Assembly: GCA_965113315.1 (NCBI GenBank)
Contig: OZ220365.1
Reading direction: 5' to 3' (one strand)
Length of the DNA stretch: 64,000 bases
From: Podarcis vaucheri
Taxonomy: Eukaryota
The first letter of the stretch is position 1. Each line of letters begins with the position of its first letter. This document shows positions 51,271 through 62,206 of the stretch, one piece after another. A model generated the notes under the pieces. It was not told the origin of the DNA. It saw only the letters and a list, made by a program, of their open reading frames with translations, and searched no databases. The position numbers were made by a program, and so were the translations under genes.

Positions 51271-54200
51271 GTTTGAGTTCATCCCATATGGGAACTCATC
51301 CCACATACTGCTGGCTGCTGGCTGAGAGCCAGCAGTATAGTGCAAGAAAAGTAAATGGCATCAAAAGAAAGAAGAAGAGGGGAGGTGGCTGCGTAACCAG
51401 TCCCTTTTATGGGGTCTCCCGGGGTCATGCCCATCAACCCGGTCACACGCAGGGGAGGAAGCTCCAGCCCAGGTGTGACAGGAAGTCCTCCTGGCTGTGG
51501 AGTAACACCCCCCTGCGTGTCCACTCTGGGCAAACACGAAGTGTCGTACTTGACTGCTTATGTTACATCCCGCAACTAGAACCTACAGCAGATTAGTGAC
51601 AACTATTGTGGCCTTCCATGAGATCCATTAGTAAGTGGCATTGACAACCACAATTTTCTTTCATATTAATCATCTTCATAACAACATAACTACTTTCTCC
51701 ATTCTCAAGCCTCCTTGTAATTAAAACAGAAAACAAAATAGAAATAGAGTCAAAATATCTAAATCAATAAAAAAATAAAATCCTGAAAAGCCCATTAGCA
51801 TTAAAGATAGTGATTTCTCAGGATATGGTGGATGCTACTGCAGATAGCAACCAGGTAACATTTTTCTGAACATTTTGCACAATTTGCTGGAAAGTGAGAA
51901 ATTGACAGCTGGAGTCAGAGGCTTCTCCCTCTTCTTCTCTCTGCCTGAACACAGCATATTAAGGTCACTGCTTATTGGCCAGTTTCCTCAAGCTCCACTT
52001 TGCTGTCTGTAAAAAAGAAAGGTTGAGGTAGAACAAGCTGCTGGGTCAGTAGGCTATCACCTGCTGCTACATGAAGCTTTTTGCTAGGTTAGGGAAATAA
52101 CTCTTCATTTAGTGAAGTCAACTAATGGGGCAGTCCTACACATGTCTATTTGGAAGTAAGTTGCATTGAGTTAAATGGAGCATACTTGCAGATTTGCAGC
52201 CTATAATATCTGGTCCTGTGCTTCACCCATTCATCAGACTTTACAGTGCACTGTTTGCTGTTACAGGTGTTTTAATTAAACTTATCAATATTAACATTCT
52301 GGAACGTATGAGCAGTGACAGATAGATAGGGGCCCTAACCAGTACAGTGGGGTGTATGCACTAGTCTAAATAAAAATAACTGGGTTGTATTCAGCTATGC
52401 CCTACACACCATAGATCCACTATGTCACGTCATGTTCATTCATTTTAATGAGTCTACTCTAAGCGAGACTAACATTGTGTGCAAGACACGATCTGTTCAT
52501 CTGCTTTGCCCCTTTCAAGGAGGCAATTAAATATATCCAGGTAGGGAAGATTTCAGTCATTTCCTAGATCCAAGTCAAACATATTCATCTGCATTTATGT
52601 ACTATTTATTAAAAGTAATTTTTGTACAACCCTTCATTCATATTCCTTGGGTGGTTTGCAGATATGAACATTTTACTTTGTCCTAAGTAGACAGTATATT
52701 TTGCAGTCAATGCACTGAACACAAAGGGAGAGTCAAGGTATGCACACTGTTAATTGTGGCATTGCAATTGTATGAATGGTGGCGGAGTATGTGAAAGGAC
52801 ATGAGGCTACTACAACCCTACAGAAGCTAAGGAGGCCTGCCTCCTTAGAATAAATGAAATAAAGGCGGAATATAAGTGCAAGGAAAAAAGTCACTGTACC
52901 TTATTAGAAATGAAAAGGAGCTGCCATGTGGACAAACAGGATTGAGCACATGGCAGTGGAGAGGTAGTAGTCAAAGTTTTCCCTCTCCTGCCACCTCAGC
53001 AAAAAATGCCCTCCAAAACATCTTTATGCAACAGGGATTAATTCCCACTGACAGCAATAGAAATCTATGTTCTAAGGATTTTAGCATCTTCTGGGTGGTG
53101 GTGACGGGCTGGGGAAAAGGTCAATGCCTCCTTCCCCACCAACTGTCATCCCAAAATCCCAGAGTGGCTATTTAAGTAAAAGAAACTTGCATGTCAACAC
53201 AATTAACATCATGCCTAGTCTGGCCAAAACTCACTATTAATATTTGTAAGGGAGCGCATGAGATAACTAATTGTTTTGCCTGAGTTTGTTCTGCACTTAG
53301 GTATTACTATCCATTTAGAAAAGCCACTTAGCTCTGTCACCTGGGGTTACAATTAGGAGTGTACCACTCAAGGTCACAGACTAATCTTGGCACTGTTGCT
53401 TTACTAAATGACATGACTAACAATGAAAGGATTTAACTGCCGTGGCAGAGCTAGTTTCTGCTTTAAGAACGATGGCATAAGTTATTTATTAAGCTGTTGT
53501 TCTCAACATCTTATGGTAAGCATCAAAATAATGGCGCCACTATCCCTGCTTAATTCAACAACTACATCATCACAATCCATGCTTCTTGTAACAATAACAC
53601 TGGCACCAAATGGCATAATAAAGTATCTTATGCCGATGTCCTTGAATGCTGAGTAATAATGGGAACTGAGGACACGATTGGGAATGTGCAATTTGGCATG
53701 GGTAGACCATAGAGTCTTCTGAGACCTAGAATGATATTTAATCAAACACTTTGACCTAAACAGCAAAGAAAAACACAGAGCTGAAGCACTTTAATAATTT
53801 GCCCACGAAAATTACAGGAAAGAACACGACTCAAAATTTTGTCATGTTATGTTATCCATGAAAACTACAATGCAAAACTCCCATGATTTTCTGAGTTGAT
53901 GGGGTTACAAACAGATTTTTTTTCCTGGAAGCAATTAACACAGAAATAAGCACTGAGTTTCCATGAAATTTCCAGAAGTAGCTTTTATGTCCTGTGAAAC
54001 AACACATAAAATGCAACTATCATGTAAGGAATCATCAGGAAAATGGAATAAAATGCTTCCTGAATGTCCCTTAGGGCTTCCTTCGTTCAGACAAGGTTCA
54101 TTGATGGGAAGCCAGTGATACTGCCAGGGCCTCCTTGGCACACTATACATGTGTGCAGACAGTGAAAAAGAACAAATACCTTATTTGCTATAAAGAACTA

Positions 54201-54336
54201 GCACAATATTGCCTTTGAGCAATGTTTTGAGCCAGGGTTGGTTGGCCCAAATAGATTGGCCAGCAGGCGACACAGTTTTCAAGAACTAACCTCAGTAGCA
54301 GGGAACACTTGGGGAAGTCTGGCCTCTAAATACGTA

Positions 54337-54562
54337 CAGTGGTACCTCGGGTTAAGTACTTAATTTGTTCCGGAGGTCTGTTCCTAACCTGAAACTATTC
54401 TTAACCTGAAGCACCACTTTAGCTAATGGGGCTTCCCACTGCTGCCGCGCAACCGGAACACAATTTCTGTTCTCATCCTGAAGCAAAGTTCTTAACCCGA
54501 GGTAATATTTCTGGGTTAGCTGAGTCTGTAACCTGAAGCGTATGTAACCTGAGGTACCACTG
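54337..54562 (+). mobile_element. Tc1/mariner MITE, family A
   Basis: Same TIRs and TA flanks. Confidence 0.85.
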
Positions 54563-55473
54563 TAATTATATTACATACCTCCAACAACTCAAGGCGAAAA
54601 ACCAGGACACTATCTTCAGGGGCTGCACTCCTGCATTAGTCATGTGACTAGTGCAAGATTGCAGCCCTGGAAAAAAAGCACGGTATGAGATTGCAGCACA
54701 AAATTGTGGTGCCCCAAATGGCCACTGCACTCTCAAGCAAAAAACCAGAATGTCCTGGTTTTATCGGGACATTTGAGGGGCATGATATTACAGATCAAAT
54801 ACTTTTAAAACAGCACAGGCAATCATGTCTTGTGTCTTCATGTCCATGTATATCTTTGTTTCCCAATGTCTGTTTGCATTTTCTCAGAAGCATTTCTCTA
54901 CTTAAGAGGCGCCTAGCATTTTCCATTCAATTTCACTTGCTCAGTATTTTTGCCCAGGAGAGTTCCAGGTGTCAGCTTGCTTGGTTTTGTGGATTGTAGC
55001 AAACACAGAGCGATACTGCCCTAGGCCTTAAACTGTTGGATGTTTGAAAAGAACAACAGGGAAGAAAATGCTTCATTATTGTGTCGCTATGCCCTTTCCC
55101 TGAAGCACTGGCAAGCAGCATCAATTCCTGCCAACAGGACACTCTTCTGTGTGGACGAATGACCCCACCAATTAAACAATGTTTATGCCCTGCCTCTTTC
55201 AATGATTTTTTGGCTAGCAAAATGTTTAGGATTGAATTGGAAAATAAATGTCTGTGAAAATAGGGGGGAGGGAATGTTTTTCTATCCATCTTATTTATTG
55301 CATTTATAAGGGACCTCATAAAATACAACTTTGGGGCTTGGTGCAAAGATCAAAATGACTAAAAATGTAACAATAAAACTATCCTACAATACAATACACA
55401 GGAACTAAATTAAAAACCAAATGCACAACCAGCACAATAAGACCATATACAGCACAGAACCAAAACAGCCAGC

Positions 55474-55816
55474 ATACCCTCTAACATTTCTCCGAAGAAA
55501 ATAGGGACGTCCCACTCCATAATGATAATTTTACTATTTATACCCCACACATCTTATTGGGTTGCCCCAGCCACTCTGGGAAGCTTCCAACATATATAAA
55601 AAACATAATAAAACATTTAACATTTAAAAAACCTTCACTATACTGAATTGCCTTCAGACTGCTCAGGGGTCAGGTAACTCCATGCCCTCTAACATTTCTC
55701 CAGTGAAAATAGGGATATCCTAAGGAAAAGCAGGCATTTTGGGATCAAATCAGAGACTGGGACAGCTTCTCTAAATCAGGGATGTCCCTGGAAAATAGGG
55801 ACACTTGGAGGGTCTG
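55474..55816. mobile_element. MITE-like element with CATACCCTC / GAGGGTCTG termini
   Basis: Imperfect TIRs and an internal duplication of CCCTCTAACATTTCTCC..GAAAATAGGGA. A related shorter element lies at about 54574-54784. Confidence 0.5.
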
Positions 55817-55959
55817 AGCCAGCAAATGCATTTACTAAAACCACCCACTATTCCACAGGTAGTTAAAACCAGCTCTTTAAAAGACCCAGGAGAACAGAAA
55901 AGTATAAACATTGTGCCAAAAAAGGAATATAAACACCAGAAAAGATTCCCTAGGAAAGC

Positions 55960-56544
55960 ATGCCTTTGTAATAGGTCCACCACAAAAGGCCTCCATAAAC
56001 AGAAACAAAGAAAGTCACCTTATACTGAGTTAGACCAGCTGTTCTCTTCAGTAGTGTCTACACTGGCTGGCAGGATGTGAGCAGGTACATACAGGAGACA
56101 CCATTAGGTACTGATGTCTAAGTCATGTATGGCTTTGTTTGTCAAAACTATCACATGGAATGAGGCCTGGAAATGGATTGTAAGTCAATGTGAGCAAGAA
56201 AGGACCAGTTTGATGCATTCATCATGCCTGGTTTCAGTTAATGCTTCCCTCTTTTTTTGTACCTACTCAAGTTTCCAGACCATCTTCAAAGAAAACCCTA
56301 TGTAAAACACATTACAATAATCCACATGGGAGGTTACTAAAAATTGTTCACTTCAGGCAGATTGACCACCCCCATACAGGGTTGCATCCTGGGATACTAG
56401 TCTAAGCTAGTATAAGGTCTTCTGTGCCACCAATCCCACTTGAGCCTTCATGTACAATGATGGAGTCCAGAGCACCCCTGAGCTACGCACCTGGTCCTTC
56501 AGTGTGTGTGTGGCTTCCCCCCTTCAAGAATCCCACTTATCCAG
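55960..56544 (-). mobile_element. Degraded L2-type LINE ORF2 fragment (3' part of a split copy)
   Basis: Minus-strand remnants LKDQVRSSGVL.. and LVTSHVDYCNVFYIG..KL*VQK resemble the L2 RT C-terminus. The left boundary is approximate. Confidence 0.65.
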
Positions 56545-57040
56545 ACTGTGGAACCACCTATTGGGTTCCCAGTCACGATGCCACCCATCCCTGTGGGACG
56601 CTATAATTAAAGTGCGAGAAACAAAATAGGATAAAAATGGCCACAACTTTATTGATTTCAGATGTAGGTGGACTTTAGCTCAGGCATTGGGTGTATATCC
56701 ATTTCAGGCTCCTGCTAGAGTGCTGAAACTTTTCAGGGTCAGGCCAAGGATTTTTGGCCTCCCCAAGAGGCTAATCTACTAAGGTAGCCATCCTCAGACC
56801 ACCACTGGAATCTCTATAGCCTGTTTGCCCCACGCTTGGCTTCTGAACAGAGATTTCCATCCAGATCCCTCTAATGGGGTACTCTGAATATCCTACTGGT
56901 TGAGGTCCAGGTGATGCACCTATTCACCCCAAACCTTGATGAATTCCACCTGATGCCTTACCCACCCTAAGTTGTGGTGCCTTGCTATGGGGTAGACAAA
57001 ACCTCCAAATGAACCCAATCTGTTTGTAGGCAAATTCCTT

Positions 57041-57784
57041 TTTTTTTAATAAAATTTTTATTGGTTTTACAGAAATTTTTTATAACAAACAAACATATAA
57101 AAAGACAAACAAACATGCATAATTTCATAATATCTTTTCTTAAACTTCTTTTCTGCGACTCCCCCATACCTCCCCTTTCTGCATCCTCATGTCCAAATTT
57201 TTATAGCAACTTGTAACTGTTTTTTCCACTCTAATTCATCTTAGTCCTTTCTTAATCAAATCTTACATTACTGCAACCCTTTCTTTCTAGAAAACCTCGA
57301 CATTCTAACATTCATCAAGTTTATAATAGTCCTTGAGATAGATCTTAAATTTCTTCCAGTCTTCTTCCGCAGTCTCCTTTCCCTGATCACGAATTCTGCT
57401 AGTCATCTCCGCCAATGTCATGTAGTCAATCACTTTCATCTGCCACTCTTCCAAGGTGGGTAGGTCTTGTGTCTTCCAATACTTTGCGATCAGTATTCTT
57501 GCTGCTGTTGTTGCATACATAAAGAAAGTTCTGTCCTTCTTTGGCACTAGTTGGCCGACAATGCCCAAGAGAAAGGCCTCTGGTTTCTTAAGGAAAGTAT
57601 ACTTAAATACCTTTTTCATTTCATTATATATCATTTCCCAGAAAGCCTTAATCTTCGGGCATGTCCACCAAAGATGATAAAAAGACCTTCAGTTTCCTTA
57701 CATTTCCAGCATTTGTTATCGGGCAAATGGTAAATTTTTGCTAGCTTGACTGGGGTCATGTACCACCTGTAAATCATTTTCATA
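57041..57784 (-). mobile_element. 5'-truncated L1-clade LINE
   Basis: ORF2 C-terminus with CWKC..H..C knuckle region (frameshifted) and poly(A) tail. 20-bp TSD TGTTTGTAGGCAAATTCCTT at 57021-57040 and 57785-57804. Confidence 0.9.
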
Positions 57785-58081
57785 TGTTTGTAGGCAAATT
57801 CCTTCCTGGCTCTGAATACGGCAATCATTGGGAACCACATGAAGGTCAGTTAGAGTGCAAGGAGGTGAAACGAGGTCAGAACAAGACAAAGTACAGTTCA
57901 GCATGAAAGAGAGGGAGAGTTTGCTCTTCTGCCGACTGCACTGAAAGTGCCAGGTGGAGTTGGCTTTTAAAGGTAGCCAGCAGACTGCAGTGGTGGACTG
58001 CCTGTCCCGGTCCACCAGTGAAGCTTCACTCACCGAGGTGCCCATGATTGGGCAGTTAAAATTAAGGTATATTGTGGGCAT

Positions 58082-58551
58082 TGTTACCATAAAGCACCAA
58101 TGCAGCAGCAAGCAAAGGCTTCAGCAGCTCAGTCAGCTGCTTGTGGCTGGAAAGCCAAACAGGATGTTTGTGACTGTTGCCATGGAAACAAAGGGGCAGT
58201 CCATTCTGTACTGAGCACCGGATGTTAGCTCAGAGTGTGAGTCATATGACCTGTACTGGAAGTAAATGTGTGGAGTTTCTTCTTGCTGTTGTCGAGTGCA
58301 GACATGTTTTCTCTGTACTGATATGAGAGACAGAAATAAAAGATGTAAATAGTTTTCTGTCTGCTTCTTTCCCCTCCTGGGGGACACCAAAGGGGAGAGA
58401 GGAAGAACGGTGTGTTCCTCTCACACATCTGAGATGAATCGCCGAGACCTCGCCTGCTTATCAGCAGAGTGGAGACGCGGGGAGGTCGACAGGAATATCT
58501 GCCGGTGCCTACGCTGTGGCACATTCCTCTGACCCAGGCAGAATTCCAGCA
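58082..58551 (+). repeat. 5' LTR of copia element
   Basis: TGTTACC...CCAGCA, a direct repeat of 61623-62092. I saw one mismatch (CCAGCA versus CCAACA). AATAAA at 58335. Confidence 0.95.
58176..58244 (+). promoter_or_regulatory. RFX X-box and AP-1 motifs in the copia LTR U3 region (duplicated in the 3' LTR)
   Basis: GTTGCCATGGAAAC at 58176-58189 and TGAGTCA at 58238-58244. Confidence 0.55.
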
Positions 58552-58552
58552 G

Positions 58553-58570
58553 TGGTAGCAGAGGATGGTT
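58553..58570 (+). promoter_or_regulatory. Primer-binding site complementary to the 3' end of initiator tRNA-Met
   Basis: TGGTAGCAGAGGATGGTT, 1 nt after the 5' LTR, is the reverse complement of the vertebrate tRNA-iMet 3' end (..AACCAUCCUCUGCUACCA). Confidence 0.9.
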
Positions 58571-59105
58571 GCTGTCCATCGGACATCTGGATGAGAGGTT
58601 GGTGAATTGTCCTCCTCTGCTTCCATGGAAGCCTGAAGTGAGAGGCTGATTCTCTGCAGCCAGAAGCTGACCAGAAGAAGCTGACAGCCAAGCAGATACT
58701 CAAGGTACGAGACTTTTAAGGGCTTAAAAGAGTGAATGCAGAATGATTCATTCTCTGCTTCACGGAAAGCGAGTGTGGGAAAGCAGCTCCAACTTAGAAG
58801 AGGACTGCATTCCAGGCATTCTTGTGGTTTCCTGCTCAAGGAAAGGAATGCGCTGTTGCCTAGCAACGTCCTTCAGAAGGCTGTGCCTCAGAGAGGAGAA
58901 ATGGAAAGTTACTCGGAGGGCTGGACAGTCAGACTATGCTTCAGAGAGGCGAAAACAAAGTTTTGTTATGACTAGGTCCTCACGAACTGCTGGAAGGGAC
59001 TTTCCAACGCAGCCAGTGTCAGAGTTGCCAGGTGTCAAGAGTGTAAACAAGCCAGCTATTGGATTTTAGAGGCTTGTGTTTTTAGAGTCACTGCAAGGAC
59101 TCAAA

Positions 59106-61769
59106 ATGGATGCCAAGAAGGGGGGAGGCTTGCCTTCTCCACCCCTCCTGACCAATGACAATTATTCATCTTGGTCTGTAAAGATGAAGGCCCTGCTGCA
59201 GAATCAGAGACTGTTTGGGGAGATTGAGAATCCCATCCCTGCAGCACCAACGCGTGCTTGGGAGTCACAGAATGTGAAGGCTAGGACTGCTATAATTCTG
59301 TGTGTGTCAGACTCGCAGCTTGTGCATATACAGCATTTGGAATTTGCGCAAGAGGTTTGGAACACGCTGCGTACAACGCATCAGAGAGATGCTGGTTCTT
59401 CAGCGTTGCTGTATTTTGAGAAGTTGACCAATCTGAGATTAGCGCCTGATGGAGATGTTCAAGCGCACCTGACAGAGATGAAGTTCCTGCGTCAACAAAT
59501 GGTGGAACGCAATTTCCGTCTACAGGAGGAAGTGTTTTGCTTCATGATAATAAACAGCCTAAACCGGACCTACAAGGTTGTTGCCAGTCAGCTTGGTTCG
59601 CTACCTGCTCAGCAGCTAACCGCGGAAAGGGTCTGTGCCGTCGTCCTGAACGAACACGACAGACTTGCTGCACTGGAAGTGAAAGACAGAAGGAGGCAAG
59701 AACAGAGTTCAAATCTTCCCACTGATGGTGCTACTGGAGAGCATGCCATAGCATTGAGTGCCGTCCGATGCCACAATTGTGGACAGACTGGGCATCTACA
59801 GCGAAATTGTAGGAAGCCGCGACAGTCAAGAGGAGCCAAGAACAGCTCAACGAAGCCTGAGGCGTCAAGCAAAAGCCGTACCAAGTGCCAGGTGAATCCT
59901 GCAAAGGCTATGATGGCGAAAGGAACCACGCCAGATGTTGGGAACGCATTCATAATCGATACCGACGCCACGAAGCATCTCTGCCCACACAGAGAACTGT
60001 TTTCGACGTTGAAGAAGCAAAGCTTCACTGTGAAACAAGCCAACGGTCAAGAACTGGAAGCGACCGGAATTGGAACTGTGTATCTTGAAAGTCTGAACTT
60101 GACTATAAGCGATGTTTACCTGGTTCCAGAACTGAAATTTAGTCTGCTGAGTGCTTCGCAGATTGCAAAGAAGGGACTAAAACTGTACTATGATGCTAAA
60201 AGATGCAAGATCTACAAAGATGGAGAACTGTTTCTTACTGCTAAAGAGAAAGATGGACTGTATTTGTTGACTTTTGATCAAAGTGATTACATGAAATGTA
60301 ATACTTCTGATTCTAACGAAATTTCTCTTGCAGGTGTGACCAGTGTGAACACCAGGAAGGTGTCCAAGAAGGTCCACAGAGCTTTTCAGCGGGTGTATGC
60401 TGATGTGATCGGTCCTTTAGAACCATCTAGAGGCGGTGCAAAATATTACCTTGTGTGTGTTGATTGTTACACAAATTATTCTTGGGTTTATATGATGAAG
60501 AAACCGCAGGAAACTTTAGAAAAGTTTCAGGAGTTTTGTGACAAGGTTAAAAGTATGCATGATGCTAACATTGATTGTCTTTTCACAGATGAGAAGCCAG
60601 TTTTTCTTTTACAGGATTTCCAGAGGTTCCTGGATGAGAAAGGGATAAGACACAAACTTGCCACTTCCGAAGAAGCATGGAAGAAATGTGTCTGTGTTAG
60701 GGTGAACAAAGAATTGCAAAAGGGGATGCATGCGCAATTGCTAAGTTCACATTTGCCACATGATTATTGGGCTGAATCTTTAGCGTCCTATCTTCATGTG
60801 TGGTTGAGGAAAGTCTCAACAGAGTTGGGATGTTCTCCTTTTGAGAAGCTGTTTAATAGAAAACCTTCTGTTGCCTATTTTAAGGTTTTCGGGTCTCATG
60901 TGAGAACAGAAACTCCAAGTGGGGTAAAGAATGCCAGAGGCATCTTTGTAGGTTATGAAAAAGGTCTCTACAGAGTAATTTTGTCTGAATCTGGTCAGGT
61001 GATTCTCACAAAGTTTCTAGAGAGTGCTCCTGAACGGGAAAGAGTGATTGTTCAAACTTTTTCCACAGATGATTCTGATGATGATGATGATGATGATGAG
61101 TTTGATCTTATTGAGTTCAGTGGTACTGATGATGAAGACACTGATAGCTCAGACAGCTCAGTTGTCACAGTCATTGAGAGGAAATCTCAAATGATGACTA
61201 GACCCTCAGAAGAGGAAGATAAACCACAGATTAAGCTTAGTACTGGTTCTCCAAAGAGTTCAGAGGCTGAACCAGAAAGCAGAGAAGAGCAGCAGCTCTT
61301 ACGAAGGTCTGAGAGAGCAACGAAGGGTATACCACCCAAGAGGTATTCAGAGGAGTTTGCTAACCTAGCATATGTTGCTGTTGTAAACGATCAAGGACAG
61401 ATTGAAGCAGTGTCTAAGTCAGAGACAAAGGCACAACAGAGAGTTGTTAACCAAGGAAATGCTAAGTCACACAACCAGAGAGGTACATTGGTGAAACCAG
61501 TGGCGGGTAGTTCCAAGGGTGGAACTGAAACAACAGGGGAATGTTATAAGTATAACAACTGTTTGTTTTCTTCTCTGGATGACGCTTTGCTCGCAGCACG
61601 CATTGATACTTTAGGGGGAGTATGTTACCATAAAGCACCAATGCAGCAGCAAGCAAAGGCTTCAGCAGCTCAGTCAGCTGCTTGTGGCTGGAAAGCCAAA
61701 CAGGATGTTTGTGACTGTTGCCATGGAAACAAAGGGGCAGTCCATTCTGTACTGAGCACCGGATGTTAG
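59106..61769 (+). CDS. Copia Gag-protease-integrase-like polyprotein (887 aa from ATG), lacking RT/RNase H
   Basis: Gag N-terminus LTNDNYSSWSVKMKALL, zinc knuckle CHNCGQTGHLQRNC, protease IIDTDATKHL and GIGTV, GLYLL, integrase core VYADVIGP..VDCYTNYSWVY..FTD..WAE..FKVFGS..GIFVGY, and post-IN LRRSERATKGIPPKRY. The stop codon lies inside the 3' LTR. Confidence 0.9.
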   Translation: MDAKKGGGLPSPPLLTNDNYSSWSVKMKALLQNQRLFGEIENPIPAAPTRAWESQNVKARTAIILCVSDSQLVHIQHLEFAQEVWNTLRTTHQRDAGSSALLYFEKLTNLRLAPDGDVQAHLTEMKFLRQQMVERNFRLQEEVFCFMIINSLNRTYKVVASQLGSLPAQQLTAERVCAVVLNEHDRLAALEVKDRRRQEQSSNLPTDGATGEHAIALSAVRCHNCGQTGHLQRNCRKPRQSRGAKNSSTKPEASSKSRTKCQVNPAKAMMAKGTTPDVGNAFIIDTDATKHLCPHRELFSTLKKQSFTVKQANGQELEATGIGTVYLESLNLTISDVYLVPELKFSLLSASQIAKKGLKLYYDAKRCKIYKDGELFLTAKEKDGLYLLTFDQSDYMKCNTSDSNEISLAGVTSVNTRKVSKKVHRAFQRVYADVIGPLEPSRGGAKYYLVCVDCYTNYSWVYMMKKPQETLEKFQEFCDKVKSMHDANIDCLFTDEKPVFLLQDFQRFLDEKGIRHKLATSEEAWKKCVCVRVNKELQKGMHAQLLSSHLPHDYWAESLASYLHVWLRKVSTELGCSPFEKLFNRKPSVAYFKVFGSHVRTETPSGVKNARGIFVGYEKGLYRVILSESGQVILTKFLESAPERERVIVQTFSTDDSDDDDDDDEFDLIEFSGTDDEDTDSSDSSVVTVIERKSQMMTRPSEEEDKPQIKLSTGSPKSSEAEPESREEQQLLRRSERATKGIPPKRYSEEFANLAYVAVVNDQGQIEAVSKSETKAQQRVVNQGNAKSHNQRGTLVKPVAGSSKGGTETTGECYKYNNCLFSSLDDALLAARIDTLGGVCYHKAPMQQQAKASAAQSAACGWKAKQDVCDCCHGNKGAVHSVLSTGC

Positions 61770-62092
61770 CTCAGAGTGTGAGTCATATGACCTGTACTGG
61801 AAGTAAATGTGTGGAGTTTCTTCTTGCTGTTGTCGAGTGCAGACATGTTTTCTCTGTACTGATATGAGAGACAGAAATAAAAGATGTAAATAGTTTTCTG
61901 TCTGCTTCTTTCCCCTCCTGGGGGACACCAAAGGGGAGAGAGGAAGAACGGTGTGTTCCTCTCACACATCTGAGATGAATCGCCGAGACCTCGCCTGCTT
62001 ATCAGCAGAGTGGAGACGCGGGGAGGTCGACAGGAATATCTGCCGGTGCCTACGCTGTGGCACATTCCTCTGACCCAGGCAGAATTCCAACA
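61623..62092 (+). repeat. 3' LTR of copia element
   Basis: TGTTACC...CCAACA, preceded by the purine tract AGGGGGAG and followed by TSD GGCAT. Confidence 0.95.
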
Positions 62093-62206
62093 GGCATATC
62101 CCACCCTGCAATGAGGCTGGCCCAAATAAACTACAATGGCTAGCTGTGGATGAGAATATCTGTATCTGGGGAGAGTGGCCAGCCCTCGAGGGGCCACAAC
62201 CGCAGC

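Larger units (their letters stand above)
58082..62092 (+). mobile_element. Ty1/copia LTR retrotransposon, non-autonomous (no RT/RNase H), 4011 bp, very recent insertion
   Basis: Two 470-bp TG..CA LTRs. 5-bp TSD GGCAT (58077-58081 and 62093-62097). tRNA-iMet PBS, PPT, and copia-order Gag-PR-IN ORF. Confidence 0.95.
56545..62206 (-). mobile_element. Short non-coding derivative (about 0.9 kb net) of a YR-retrotransposon family, interrupted by L1 and copia insertions
   Basis: On the minus strand it starts GCTGCGGTTG..GGCCACTCTCC (compare GTTGCGGTTG..GGCCACCCTCC at 27937). It contains CAATCATGGGCAC (compare CAATCATGGCCAC at about 27985), an exact 16-mer AATAAAGTTGTGGCCA (56638-56653 versus 34649-34664), and GTGACT about 80 nt further on, as in the full element. 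Confidence 0.65.

Noticed and set aside
53503-53730. Possible host exon on the minus strand (TTCTAG acceptor at about 53726, open frame of about 70 codons)
   Set aside because: I could not recognise the protein and found no partner exons. A BLASTX or RNA-seq check would be needed.
58225-58866. Antisense ORFs of 213 aa here and 206 aa at 61766-62386 across the LTRs
   Set aside because: They run from unrelated sequences (internal UTR versus L2 and flank) into the LTR and have no domain, so they are likely incidental.
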